Position numbers and translations under genes: made by a program
Assembly (NCBI GenBank): GCA_036867785.1
Contig: CP145409.1
Coordinates: 744,001-808,000 of the forward strand
Length of the DNA stretch: 64,000 nt
Reading direction: 5' to 3'
Origin: Plasmodiophora brassicae
Lineage: Eukaryota
Part shown: piece by piece, positions 46,851 through 59,709 of the stretch
Position numbering within the stretch: the first letter of the stretch is position 1
How the letters are laid out: each line of letters begins with the position of its first letter
The notes under the pieces: model-generated
The model's database searches: none
What the model saw: only the letters and a program-made list of their open reading frames with translations
Told to the model about the DNA's origin: nothing

Positions 46851-48819
46851 TTAATGTCCCAATGCCTTCAGCTGCTCGCGTATGCCAGCTTCTCTGCCAA
46901 GCTTGTCCTTCTGTTCAGGCGTGAGCGACAGCGACGGGTCCGCCTTGATAGCCTCCTTGAGTTGTTCGATCTGCCGCAGCTTCTTGAGGAGGCCCTTGGC
47001 GGCTTTCGCGGAATCCGCCGAGGGGGTCGTCGCTTCTTCAGCAGCGGGCGCAGGTTCTTCGGCAGTAGCTGAATCGTTGGTGCTAGCTGTATCGTTGGTT
47101 GCAGAATTCCTTGCCCGGCGCTCCCGGCGAGCCTGATTCCTAGAGGCCTTCTTTGGGTCTGACGTCTTGGGTGCACTGGTCGCAGGCAAGTCCTGGGTGA
47201 TTTGAGGTCCGCCACTTTGGACGTTACGAAGCTGTTGCAGCATGGCACTGATTCCGTTCGTTGAACCCGATCCTGATGCCGCCGCTGCCGCTTCTCGAGC
47301 CTTTGGCGGACGATAGGCGGTGGTCTTGGATGCGCCTGCGGCAGAGATCTGGGACGCTTCCGAAATGTCTTTCGACTTGGCCAGGACCTCGGGCGACGAT
47401 GGCTCATTTGGGTACAGGGACTGTTCCTGCAAGGCGACGAACTGCACGTCGACTAACTTCTCGAAGTCGTGCTTAACGAGCAGTTCGCCATGGTACTTGA
47501 ACACGCTGAATCCGTTATCGACCTGAAGGAAATCGATTAGCGAAGCGAGAACGATCGTGCGTCATGGGGTGTGGTCATACCCGACGCCATGGAAACAGCC
47601 TAGCAGTTACGAGGCTGGACGAATCGGGCGACCACATGACGAATTTGCTGCCATGGTCGGATGCAGTGCCAAGGAGCCTCTTGGCGTCGCGATCAAAGAA
47701 CCACATGCTTCCTGGCAGGTTTCCGTACCCACCAACTAGCAGATACCGACCCGACGGGCTCCAGCGCACAGTATTCCATGCATTCTTCCCTAAATCGAGG
47801 ACGCACTTCCCTGAGGAGGACGCACATATCCAGGCACGTCGGCCGCAAATCACGGCGAACTCGCGCTTGTTCTTCACTGGGTTCCATTCGACATCGGCGC
47901 AAGCACCATCTGTGGCAGCGGAACAAATTGTCGACGCAGGTGTAACACCATCAGCTGGCAGAATAAACAGTGAAGCCGTTCCTAAACATCTGCATTAGCT
48001 TACGGTAGCAGTAGCAATAGTAAACAACGAAGTACCGTAGTAGGATTGTCCTGAGGCGTCATGGGCAGCCGACGCTTTTACCAGAGCAGCGTGCCCAGCT
48101 GGCGCCCAGAACACTTCGACATCGTCAGACTGATAGAACGATTTCGAGCAGACAACGGTGTCGAACGCGGCGACATTGTAGATCGAACATTTCGAGGGCT
48201 GGCCCTTCTTCCCGGCAACGAGTACCACAACGCGGTAAGACGGCACCGTCGATGGGCCCAACCAAAACCGTATCATGTCTGGAATGTGTAACCTCCAGAC
48301 ATAAGGTCGCCGCTCGTTATCAGGCACCGACGCTTCCAGGTCGTATCCGAGTAGCTCGGATCCGTTCAGGAGCCATGCTGTTTTCTCGTCCGAAGAGAAC
48401 TGTACTGGGTTCCCGGCGCTCTTCTCCAGTCGTTTCCTTCTGGATCGAAGCAGACATGCACCGGTGGCCACTGACCACACTGCCATGTTGTTGTCGGTCT
48501 CGCTGGTGAACTTCCGCCATGTGCACACATACGCGGATTTCGGCGAGAAACAGACAAAGGAGACGCCAGGTTCCGGAATGGACACTGCCGGTGCTGGGAC
48601 ATCACGCTTACCGACAGCGATATCCTCCGATCGGATGAGGTGAAGGCTAGACGACTCCTCGCCGGCGATCGCCAGGAACTGTCCATCCGACGACCACGCA
48701 TTGTACGATCCAGCACCGATTTTCACATCGATGCGCTGCATCGACTGAAACGGCGGCGATGCAATCGAGTACGCATCGGACGAGACGCTGCTCAGCAAGA
48801 CGGGCGACAGCATCGACAT
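46851..48819 (-). CDS. EIF2A: Eukaryotic translation initiation factor 2A
   Basis: DASGQSYYG, NTVRWSPSGRYLLVGGYGNLPGSM, WSPD...RVDNG, AYRPPKAR, KKLRQIEQLK...EQKDKL. Confidence 0.93.
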
Positions 48820-48975
48820 CTGAGTTGGGCGCCGTGCAAATGAGGCCTCACAGTCCGCCACGGACTCCGCGCCGGATTGTCTGCCCCGCGGTTCGGTACC
48901 TGGCTGGCGGCTTCCCAATACCTCTAGGCAGCCTGACAGTCACGTTCTGCGCTGTCGCCAATCGTTGCAGGCCAT

Positions 48976-49680
48976 TTATTGTCGTGTGTTTATTGATCCC
49001 AGCATCGCTGTCAGACGATCCAGTTTCGACGTCTGTAGGAAAGGTTCCATCAGCCATGCGCCCAGCTGGATGGTCCACTGGTCGCGGGTTAATCGCGAGG
49101 ATCTGCCTCCCCGGTGCTTCCCGAACGTGTTCACGATGACAGACTTGACGATGAGTTCCTTTGCGTACATGTCAAGTGTTGATTGCAACTCCCGTGCTGG
49201 CCAGTCAATAGTCAGTCCAGTGCGACAGCAAGCATCAGGTCACCAACCAAGGTCATCTATTTGCCAATTTGACAGACACATTGCCCTTGCCAGGTCCGCA
49301 TTTCTAGTGTTGAAGAGCCGATCCCGAAACGCCTCAAATGATGCGACTCCATCCCGAAGAGACACGTACGCCCGTCGCTGTGAAGTGACACGTTCAGTTC
49401 AACCGTCACCGGCCATGCCGGTCCCTGTTACCAGTTCAGCCAGCACTGCCCAGGCTTCACGCTCTTTCGCAAGCGCCGTTGCTTCCAGATCGCCCTCTCT
49501 AACTTCATCGCCGTCGCCGGCATATACGATTTCTAGCTCCAGCATGATGTTCACAAGGCATTGCACAAGCGCGAAACCTGTCGCGCTTAGCTGCGTCCAC
49601 GTGCTGCGGCAGTCAGCAAGGGCCTGCGCCACCGTCGACACGCATGCTGCCCATTCCGGATGCATGTCGTTGCGCAGCAT
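48976..49680 (-). CDS. CINP/C1orf109-like helical protein
   Basis: C-terminal LDMYAKELIVKSVIV...RDQWTIQLGAWLMEPFL resembles the CINP-family terminus; N-terminal ADCRSTW..LSATGF. Confidence 0.6.
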
Positions 49681-49832
49681 TGGCGCATTGCCGCCTTCGC
49701 GACTACCTACGCAAAACGTGGCAACAGGCGACTTCAACGCAAATCTGGAACAGGAACGCCTGAGGCGTTATAGGCGCTCTTTAACCACGACTGCAGAACG
49801 ATAGGAGCGCCGCAAATGAACCAGTGTGGCCT

Positions 49833-50072
49833 CTATTCGCGGGAGCCGCTCTTGTGTTTGTCGGCGAACTTGAGAAGGTGCACAGCAAGAAATGCCACTG
49901 GGTCCGTCGGCCTTAACTTGTCCATTAGCATCAGGATTGGTAGGAGCGCCGGCGCGATCTCCTTCTCGAGGTATTCAGACGGGCCGGGCATAGGTTCTGA
50001 CGTCGCAGCCGCCTCTGGCTGCGGAACAGCTTCTTGCCCAGGGACGTCCTGCGGAGGTACCGGCTCCTGCAT
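49833..50072 (-). CDS. Dpy-30 motif protein
   Basis: EYLEKEIAPALLPILMLMDKLRPTDPVAFLAVHLLK. Confidence 0.85.
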   Translation of the reverse strand: MQEPVPPQDVPGQEAVPQPEAAATSEPMPGPSEYLEKEIAPALLPILMLMDKLRPTDPVAFLAVHLLKFADKHKSGSRE

Positions 50073-50176
50073 AACCGTCATGAGAACCAGCGATAAGCGC
50101 ACAGCATTCCTACGAACCATGTTCGACACAGGTAGGTGACGTGCAAGTGCCGTCTGAGACTGTTGGCCAGGGTACG

Positions 50177-51958
50177 ATGACGGAAGTCAATCATCACTGG
50201 GCCGGACTGCGGGAAACGCGGCCGATGATGCAGTCCGGCTGTATGTTGGACACTGGATCGCTCGAGCATGTCGGGACGTTCCTGCGCGGGACCGAGATCG
50301 CTCGCATTCTGGCCGTGTCCTCGTTCTTCCGAGCGACACTCGACACTGTGCCCACCTGGCGACGCCTGTGCTCGCGCTGCCCGGACCCTGATGTGGTCGC
50401 CGTTGATGGGCGCGTCTTCGAGTTGAGGATTATGACGCTGGATGAGCTGCGGTCGCTCTACAGAACATTACTTTATTTCAAGGCGCTGGAGGTCCCGTGC
50501 AATGTCATTGTTGAAGGGGTATTTCAATCGTCAGCGGATGATGACCTACAGACGATTGCAGAAACACTGGATGATGCGCCAGAGACGTTCTGGTCGTCCG
50601 CAGGATCTATTACAGAAGATTGCGATGACCTACTCGTGTATCGACTGGCACATGCGTTATCTGTCGTCCAGAGCGTCGAGATAAAGCCTTTCAGAGCTCG
50701 CTATCAGCAGGTTGTCGTTTGGTAGTGACGCATTGCTGTCAGTGATCTGATTCGTCTTCACTCCTCAGGGAATGCAGTGCTATGCCCCGGTACGTGCCCG
50801 CGTCGTTATTCGACTTTTCGAGGATGATCCAGATAGTGAAACGCATGCTAGTGAATGGAAAATGCTGGATAATGAAGACCGTAAGAAGCGCTCCGTGACG
50901 CCCAAATGGTTTACACTGATTGTGTCTTTAGGGTATGCCACTTTCGATCTCGGTAGCGTGCTAGCTGTTGGTGCATTCCTACGCATTGAAATGGCCGGTC
51001 GCCGTACACGTCAGCTTTCCGATGGACTGTTCTATTCGTGTCTGGAGAGCGTTGTCGCTAAAGGCGTTCCAGTTGCTGTGCTTTCGGATGACGTGCCCTT
51101 CATACGCCTGCTTCATTCGCGTGTATCCAGGCACGTTTCTGTAGCGTTCGACCGGTTCTGTGAACAAATTGCCCAGCATCGGACATCTGCTCAGAAAGAA
51201 GTTGGTGCAGCAAATGATATGCGCCTCGCCTTCCTCCGCGTATCGCAGTTAGTTGTGGAGAAAGACATTCCTGGAGTTGTGTCAATAGTCACCGGCTTCA
51301 TCAACAACTTGGCGTTCAGAGATGCTGCCGTCCTCCTGGTTGACGAGCACTGTTCGGAATTCGTAAATGAGTACGTTGCCCAAATACCCTCCCTGGGAAG
51401 CCCCGTTCCCGTTTCCAAAGAGGAAACGTACGCTGTCGCTAAGAAAGCCTTATCTGGTGATCGTGATCTCTTTGAAGACCTTCGATGCCGCAACATGCTG
51501 TATCTTAGCGAACAACTTGGTGACCTGTTTTTCAATGCAAAGGATTACAGCCAAGCAGCGGCCTGCTATGCTGCCTGCCACATTCCAGACAAGGTTGGCC
51601 AGTTTTTCCCCTATTGTACGTTTATTTCAATCGATTCACGCTGTTTGGCCAGATCATCTCCACCTATTCGTTGATGTGCCAGCATCCTCATCTCGTGCGG
51701 TTTCTGGTGGCCGTCATCGTGAACTCCCATCTTGATGACAGGGTGCTAGCAGTCGAAGGAGCCCTGTCGCTTCTAGCGTCCAATCATCACCCGTACATTG
51801 CTGCTCTTTTCTGCGACATTGCGGTGTCTCAAGGCCTGATCGATGCTGACACGGCTTGCAGAATGCTTAACATCGTTCCCGTTGCAGAGTCGCCCTCGAA
51901 AGAGATTAACGATCTCGTCGAGACACTATCTGCCGATTACCGGCGCAACGCGACGTGA
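50177..51958 (+). CDS. F-box protein (At4g00755-like middle domain) with clathrin-linker-like C-terminus
   Basis: F-box-like LEHVGTFL..EIARILAVSSFF...WRRLC; FWSSAG...LVYRL...EIKPFRA.YQ...FLRIEMAGR..RQLSDGLFYSC; LSEQLGDL...AAACYAACHIPDK. Confidence 0.75.
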
Positions 51959-52220
51959 CGCTCTTTGCATTCAGTAGTCTAATCCCTATCATAACGTTAT
52001 CGATAAAGTGAACGCCAGATTGGCTATCCGATGACCGAGTTCCGAACAAATGTGCACGCTGGTATTGGCAAGACTGTGCCCCGTTGACGCAAGTCACACG
52101 AATCGCCCGTCAATACGTGTAGCCGTTCAGGGACCCGTAGACTCTAGGGGCGCACTTATCATCATCTCCTACCTGGGTTCATTGTTTTTATTGTCCACAA
52201 CGAAGAATGTGCCGACAGCC

Positions 52221-54029
52221 ATGGTAAAGCAGAATGAGTACAGTGGAGGACCCTGGAAACAGTCGGCCGTGTACGCATCTCGATACAGGGAGGGATCGTC
52301 GCCAATCGCCACTGTCGGGAAGGCCAGCAGTGCGCAGTGGACGGATCTGTGCACGGACATCGCACAGAGCGCGGTCTGCGCGGACCCCGTATCCGCCGCC
52401 ATGGACACGGATGGTCGACCTGGCGCCGTCCGACCGCGGCTCAAGCCCAAGCATAAGCCCGTCCGGGCGCGATGTCGCCGACTGAAGATCGGCAGCTGGG
52501 ACTTCGTACCCGCCTATGAGCCCATCGAATGCAAACTGCTGTTCTCCAGGTCGTCCGCGTCGTGCACAGTGTCGAATACGCCTAGTGAGCCATACTGCAG
52601 GAAGAAGCTCGTCTGGGAGTGGAAGGCCGATCCGAATACCAAGAGGAAGATTGAGATCGGCTTCACTACAATAGATAACTTATGTAGGCGTTCATCGCTC
52701 ATCGCCGTCCATACCCGGTAATTGCCTGACGGCACTGATGGCAGATGGCGATTACTTGGGGAGCAATGTATCGCGCTTCGTTGTCACCGTAAAGAGCCTA
52801 CCAGTGCTATACTATGGGACTGTTACGGCGAATACGCCAATCAAGTGGGCTCAGAGTCCCGATTTCACTGGCGGGCAAATCAAAACGTCATCGATGCACG
52901 AGCTGGACCTCAGCATGGATCAAGCTGGTCTGGCTGTATTCCTCCAATCGATATGTGACTACAGCGACAGGCAAGTGATGAATAGTATTGCTGTCGAACG
53001 CGTGCTAATCGATATTGGTCGCCCAGTTTCGGTGAGATGGTAAGAAGACGGCGCTCTAGAGACGAGGCTGTTCTCGGTCTGGATGGGCCAGCCGCTGAAC
53101 CCGCTCTTAAGCGGGCGCGAGTCGGTTCGTTTGTAGCGTCACCTACGATCCCCGTATGAGAATCCTTACTACGCTCAGCTTCTTGGTTGCTGACACGATC
53201 TCAGACTGTATCAGGAACATCTCCGACGAAAGCTGTTATATCTTCTACGGCGACACCAGCGCCTGTAATGTCAGGCTGTTCCTGTTCAGGGCCTTGCGAC
53301 CCACTTTCCTGTACATGTGTGCAATTGCTCCAGGCGTGCAACGCAAACATCTGCATGTGCGGTCGCTTGTGTCGGAGTCCTCTCACTTGTCTGTCTGAGA
53401 AAGGCGTCTCTCTGAATCGTCTTCGTTCGCATCGATGTCTTGCGGATAACCTTGCCATGGGCCAGGAACGGAAGCCCATGCAACAATTGTTTGGACGAAT
53501 TCGCCTACCTTGCTGCAAGTCGGAAACAATCGTCATCAACGCTTTGGCAGTCGGCATGCGATGCTTCTGTGGAATTGTATGGGACTATTCGTTCTGTCGG
53601 CGAACACTGGTCCAGACTGGCCGTCCGAATGTGATATTCCACTGCCCCAAATGCCGAACATGCCAGTCCGGGGATTCGCGCCATTGCGATACATGTGGTG
53701 TTTGTTCATCTCCAGGGCATCCATGCCCGTGCAGCAAACGGTCTGCTGTTGCTTCAGTCACCCAACAACAATCGAAAACGGAAGCCAACTTTGTGGCCAG
53801 CATTCTGGACGATGGTGACGACGTGCGAATGTCGACGCCAACGGAACTGTCCCCTGGTGACAGCCCAGCCCCATCGGCGATATCGTCGACGACGTCCCCG
53901 CAGGACACAGCGGCGACTGGCACGTCGTTATCGGACCTGTCGCACTGGTCACTGGCCATGCTTGGCCTTGGCGTCAAACCTCGCTTCTACGAGGACCTGC
54001 AGGCGCTCATTGCCGAGCTATACCGATGA
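52221..54029 (+). CDS. Protein with plant-type PH-like domain (KKLVWE/DFTGGQ family) and Cys-rich C-terminal region
   Basis: RRLKIGSW...CKLLFS|RKKLVWEW...KRKIEI...WAQSPDFTGGQ; later CSCSGPC...CTC...C...CMC and HCPKCRTC...HCDTCGVC. Confidence 0.7.
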
Positions 54030-54327
54030 CATTGCCTTATTTGTTACCTAATATAATGTATATCGTACCCGTGCGTTGCTGGATGACGTTGCAGCGTGTT
54101 TGCAATCGCGGTGAGTGATCATCAATACCAGGCGAATGGCGCGGCAAATCTGGCACGTGATCTGAGTTCGGATCTGACGCTCCAGACGGGGGGGCGGGCC
54201 CTTCTATTTCGTGTATCGGGTTAACGCCCGGGATGATGTGAGTGTCTGACGGCGGCCTCCTGTGCAATCCTGGAGGCAGCGCATCGCAAATCAGCGGCGC
54301 GAGGAGCGTCGCGACGTCCGCCGGGCG

Positions 54328-57300
54328 ATGCGGGGATCGCGGCTGGCCAGATGGAGTCCCGCTGCGATCCACTGTGTATCGGTAGCGACCTGGGCGTCGT
54401 CCTGGTACGTAATTGGCGTTGCCGTCCACGGCACGGGTCACCCGCTGCCGCTCGTCGTCGCGGTGTACTACGCGGCCTGGGGGCTGGCCATGACCGCTGT
54501 CCCACTGGCGTGGCAAGCCCTGGCACGTCGTGGATCGTCGCCGGTCATTCCGACTGCCGATACGCATGGAGTCGACCTCGGCGATCCGCTCCTCGGCACG
54601 ACTACGCAGGCCACGACCTCGCGTCGACGCGTTTCAGCAGCCGCAGCATCGTACGCTCTTGCCGTCACCAACGTCGCCCTCATCGTGTTCGCGGTGCTCG
54701 TCGACGACTATCGCGATCCGTCGTGGCTTGCCATCGTGCACGTGGCCTGCGTTGGCGCCGGTCTGCTGGCCAGTGGCGTTGCTAACGCTGCGATCATCGC
54801 CGTCGCCGTCGACCAACTTGTCGCGACGGCCGCGGTCCTCACCGACGTCTACGACGAAATCCCCGGTCTGGTCGTCGCTGCATTACTCTGCAACTCGGTT
54901 GCATTCCAATGCCTGCTGCTATCCCGCCAGGACAGCGCGCCGCCGACCAGAAGCGCCCTGGACGACGCCTCGTTCTTGTCAAGGTATACGTTCTGGTGGG
55001 CGTTTCCTACACTACGCGTTGGGAGAACGGTGGGCAAGCTCGAGGCAGGCGACCTGCCCAGGTTGCCCGACTCGGACGACCCCACGTACCTCGTTAACGA
55101 ATTCCTGCGCCACCGTCGTCGTTCATCGCCAACATTGTTCGGATCGCGAGCGCTCCGCCTTCTGGTCACCATCACGTTCTCCATCCAGCCCGGCGTGTTC
55201 CTGTCCTCCTACCTGCATGGCATCGCTTTTCTCGCCTGTATGTTCATTGACCCGATTGTGCTGGCCGCCTTGCTGTCCGCGTCGGCGCCGATGACGTTGT
55301 CATACGTTCTCGTCGGTGTCCTGTCTGTCAGCATGCTGGTCCGCGTGTCCTGCATGGAGTACTGTTACTTCCAGTCGACGCGAGTCGCGAACAACGCGCG
55401 AACGGCGCTCTGCCAAGCATTGTTCTCGTCAGTGATTCGGCAGCGCGTCGGCGTACGCGACCGACCCGACACGGGCAAGCTGGCTAACCTGATGGCCACG
55501 GACGCTGACAAGATCGGGCAGTGGGCGTGGGGCGTGTTCTTTCTGGCGCAGTGGACCTGGGCTGTTGTCTCGTTGCCGGCAGTCATCTACTTCCTCCATC
55601 GTCTGGTTGGGACGGGCGCATTCGTTGGTGTGGCGTGTCTGCTTGGCAGTGCGGTCATATCCCGGTTCGTCGGTCGCCGACTGGCGTCTATCACTCGTCG
55701 CCTTCAAGAGCGTCGTGACGAACGTTCCAGTCTGATGCGGTCGTTTGTCGCGTCGGTCAAGGTGACGAAACTGGAACGCCTCGAGCAGGTCTGGGTCGAC
55801 CGATTGGGACGCGCTCGCGATCGTGAGCTCGATGAGCTGTGGCTGGTCAACTCCCTGGTAGCATTCTCTACGCTGATGGGCTCACTGCTGTCCCTGACTG
55901 TCCCGGTTGCAATGTTCGCCTGGCATACGTTGATCGATGGCCAAACACTCGACGCTGCTGTCGCGTTCTCTGCCTTGGCCTGGATCTCGCAGATGCAGTG
56001 GTCGATTAGCACACTGCCGTCCATCTACAACGCATGGTCGTCTCTATCGCCGTCCCTTGATCGTATCGCCACCAGACTTGAACAAGAGCACGCCGATGAC
56101 GACCACAACCATGGTGTTGCTGCATGTGCCGCTCCCATCGATGTTCGTCCCGGGCTCCAGGTCATCGTCGGCGCCACAGGTAGCGGGAAGTCCACGGCTC
56201 TAGCGGCCCTGGCCGCCCGGCAACGAACAGGCGCGTCATACTCCCGACAGCGCCCGTTCCTACTGAACGCCTCGATCCAGGAGAATATCCTGTTTGGGTT
56301 GCCGCTGGACCGTGCCCGCCTGAATGATGTCGTTCAAAGGACTGAACTGGAAGCCGACCTCGCGGCCCTTCCCCAGGGTATCTTGACGCCGGTTGGGCCG
56401 AGCGGTGTTCAACTGTCAGGAGGTCAGAAGGCGCGCGTCTGCCTCGCCAGAGCTGTCTACGCAGACGCCGCTGTCGTTCTCCTTGACGACGTCCTTGCCG
56501 CTGTCGATCGTACAACTGGCTCAAGGATCTGGTCCAACGTCATTTGCTATGAACGCCTTCGAGGCAAATCCATTGTCCTTGTGACGCACGACCTACGCTG
56601 TTTGACGTCACCCGCTGTGGACAACATCATCCTGCTCGACCATGGCAGCATCGTTGCGTCTGGGGCGTTATCCGCGCTTGGCGAAGACTTTCTCATTGTT
56701 AATGCCGCGTTCATCAGCGATAACCCAGACGAGCCGGTGTCGTCGGAAGTGGAGCAAGGTGCCCCTCAACATGGTTTCCAACCTGACGATGACGACATGC
56801 TGTCACGCGACGAGGTGTACAGGTTTATCAGTGGACGCTTGCGGTCGCTGACCGGAAAGGTCATTGACCAGAACCTCACTGAGGGGCGTATATTGCGTTA
56901 TCTCAGACAGGTTGATACAAAGGATGGCGGCAATGAGGAGAAGAGCACAGGATCCATCACCATGGCTGACATGATGCTGTACCTACGAGAGTTCGGATGG
57001 TGGCTAGCGCCAATAGTTTCCATGGTCGGCGTCCTTACTATCCTCTCCGTATCGATGAACGTATGGCTTGCCATCTGGACGTCCTCTCAGACGTCGTCAT
57101 GGACCCAGCACCAGTACCTGCTTGTATATGTTGCGCTGGGCATTTCGGACGCCGTTATTTCGTGTCTCCAGACCCTTTTCTTTACACGGTGCACACTGAG
57201 GACATCACGCAGCATCCATCGCCAGATGATCCAGCGGCTCGTTGGGGCGCCGCTGTCATACTACGACACCAACTCGTCGGGGATGATACTCAGTAAGTGG

Positions 57301-58820
57301 ATGGCGTCGTCACTGTAAACACACACGCACGCACACACACACACACACACTAACGTGGCGGTTCGTCATGCCAGATCGGTTTCTGCAGGATATGGCCAGT
57401 ATCGATGGTTCAGTGCCGTACTCTGTGCTGGATCAAGTCTCGAAGACGTTCTCGATCGTCGCCCAGTTCATGCTGATCGTTGTCTACGCCCCGCTGGTCT
57501 TCCTCGTCCTGCCTGTCATGGTCATCATCTACGTTGGCATCTTCCGCACGGTTCGGATAGCAGCGCGGGATACGCGCCGGATCCAATCTGTTGCCCGGAG
57601 CCCTGTCTACGAGTTCTTCAGCGACGTTATTGATGGGCGCGATACGATTCAGTGCACCGGCGCTGAAGACCGCTTCGAGCGTGGGAACCACGATCGTGTC
57701 GAGAAGATGGCGCAGGGGACGTTCGGCAATGAGGCCGTTATGAAATGGGCGCAAGCGCTAACGACCCAGTCGAGTTGCATGCTGTACTTTGCCGCTGGCG
57801 TGGTCAGTGTCATTCTGATAAGCCAGAACAAAATGTCGCTTGGCGCGTTTGGTCTGGTTCTGATGTATGCCGCCTCTCTGCAACGCGCCATGATGGACTA
57901 CCTGATGGGCCTCACGAACGTGGAGACCAACTTTGTCTCCGTCGAACGGATAGCTGACATTCTGAGGATGCCCGTTGAGACCGACGATCGACTGCTGGCG
58001 ACCACAGAACAACCGGCCGGGTGGCCTGTGGCTGGAGAAGTGCGCCTCGATCGTGTTGCTATGCGATATACCATTGGCAGACCTGAAGTGCTCAAGGGCA
58101 TTTCCCTAACGATTCCGGCCGGATCTAAGGTCGCCGTTATTGGCAGGTACTGTCGTGATTCTCGTAATACGCTTTTTCTGTCTAATCGGGAAAGAATGCA
58201 GGACGGGGTCTGGCAAGAGCTCGATGGTATCAGTTTTGTCGTCATTGTATCCGATTGGTCGCGGATCGATCTTGATCGATGGTGTTCACTTGGAACGTTT
58301 GCCTTTGGATGCCGCTCGGCGTGCCGTCCGCGTTATTCCGCAAGACCCTGTGCTGTTTGGTGGCTCCGTCAGGTTCAATCTCGTGCTTGGTGACGACGGC
58401 GCCGACGATGCGAAGCTTTGGCAGGTCCTGAAACGAAGCAGAATGGATGAGCGTGTTAATGAACTTGGTGGCCTGGATGGGACCTTAGAAGATGCTGGCG
58501 GCAATCTGAGCGTTGGTGAGCGGCAGCTGATGTGTCTGGCAAGGGCCCTAGCTCAAGGACAGCTTCGCGTTCTGCTTTGCGATGAACCCACGGCAAACGT
58601 GGATCAGGTTACAGGCGCACTGGTTCTCCAAGTCCTCCTGGAAATGAAAGGCGTCACTGTCGTCATGATCATGCATCGTCTGGAGCATCTGGACCGGTTC
58701 GACCATATTCTCCTATTGGAATCTGGGAACGTAGTTGCCTTTGGGCCGTCCAAGGAAATGCTTCAGGATCCATCATCTCCGGTTAACGAATTCCTACTTC
58801 GGTATCAGGCTCAGCAATAG
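54328..58820 (+). CDS. ABC transporter, ABCC/MRP subfamily (TMD-NBD-TMD-NBD)
   Basis: ASFLSRYTFWW lasso; NBD1 GATGSGKST, LSGGQKAR, LLDD, VTH; YDTNSSGMIL.RF; VSVERI; WPVAGEV; NBD2 GRTGSGKSS, LSVGERQL, DEPTANVD, HRL. Confidence 0.96.
57319..57350 (+). repeat. (CA)n microsatellite inside an ABCC intron
   Basis: acacacacgcacgcacacacacacacacacac immediately before a ctaac branch-point-like motif. Confidence 0.9.
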
Positions 58821-59709
58821 GTACATAATAATGTACCCATATCATAACGGCCGTCTGGGTTGCGTTTGCGGAGCTAACAATTATCATACATTCTCCCTGA
58901 CTTGTAAAACCCGCAGGCTCGAGAAGTTTAGGGCGCGCGTCATATAATAATTTCCTGAAGTCCGTGGCGGATACCGCCACGGTATCCGGCTATCCTGCGG
59001 CGGTGCGCGCCCACCTCAACGTCAGACGCGCTATTGGTTCTGTGTGCGACGGTTCTACCTGCGTCGTAGAACTGTTTCAGTCTCGACAATGGGGTCGTAA
59101 TAGTGTACGGGTATCTTGTATCACGATACTGTTCCCGAAGCCAACTGGAGATCTCAACGCCGTCATCTGGGCCGCCTCGTGTTGCTCTCGGTAGGCCTGG
59201 TTGAAATTACATGCTGTGCATAACAGTTCCCTCTGCATGATGTCTTTCAGTCCTTTTTTCCAATTTGCAATGACGACAATTCCGATACTTCCTGACAGTT
59301 CTTTGTTGCTACGTTGACCATCATTTGTCTTGCGCTGGAATGCTGACGTTTTGATGCAGGTTTTGAACGTCACGGCTGTCGAGATGGTTTGGGAGAACAA
59401 CGATAGGTACAGCTCCTTTTCTTTGCATTTCTAGAAGGCACGATCGTTTTTCCGTTGCATGATGACGATATTTCAGTCTTCAACCCGAGCTACGGCCCTG
59501 AAGATTTCAGTTTCAGCCTTGTCTGACGCAACGTTCTTCACAATTATCTCCTGAATTGTCTGATAACCAGATATAGTAATTGTCGTGTTGCATAGGGCAT
59601 AGAACGTCATGTGAGTTGTCTAATTTATCCCTGCAATGGAGTTTCCCATTGGCAATAAAGAATGTGCGTTTCGACGGAATTGGGCCTGGTGACATGTGGC
59701 GAATATGTA

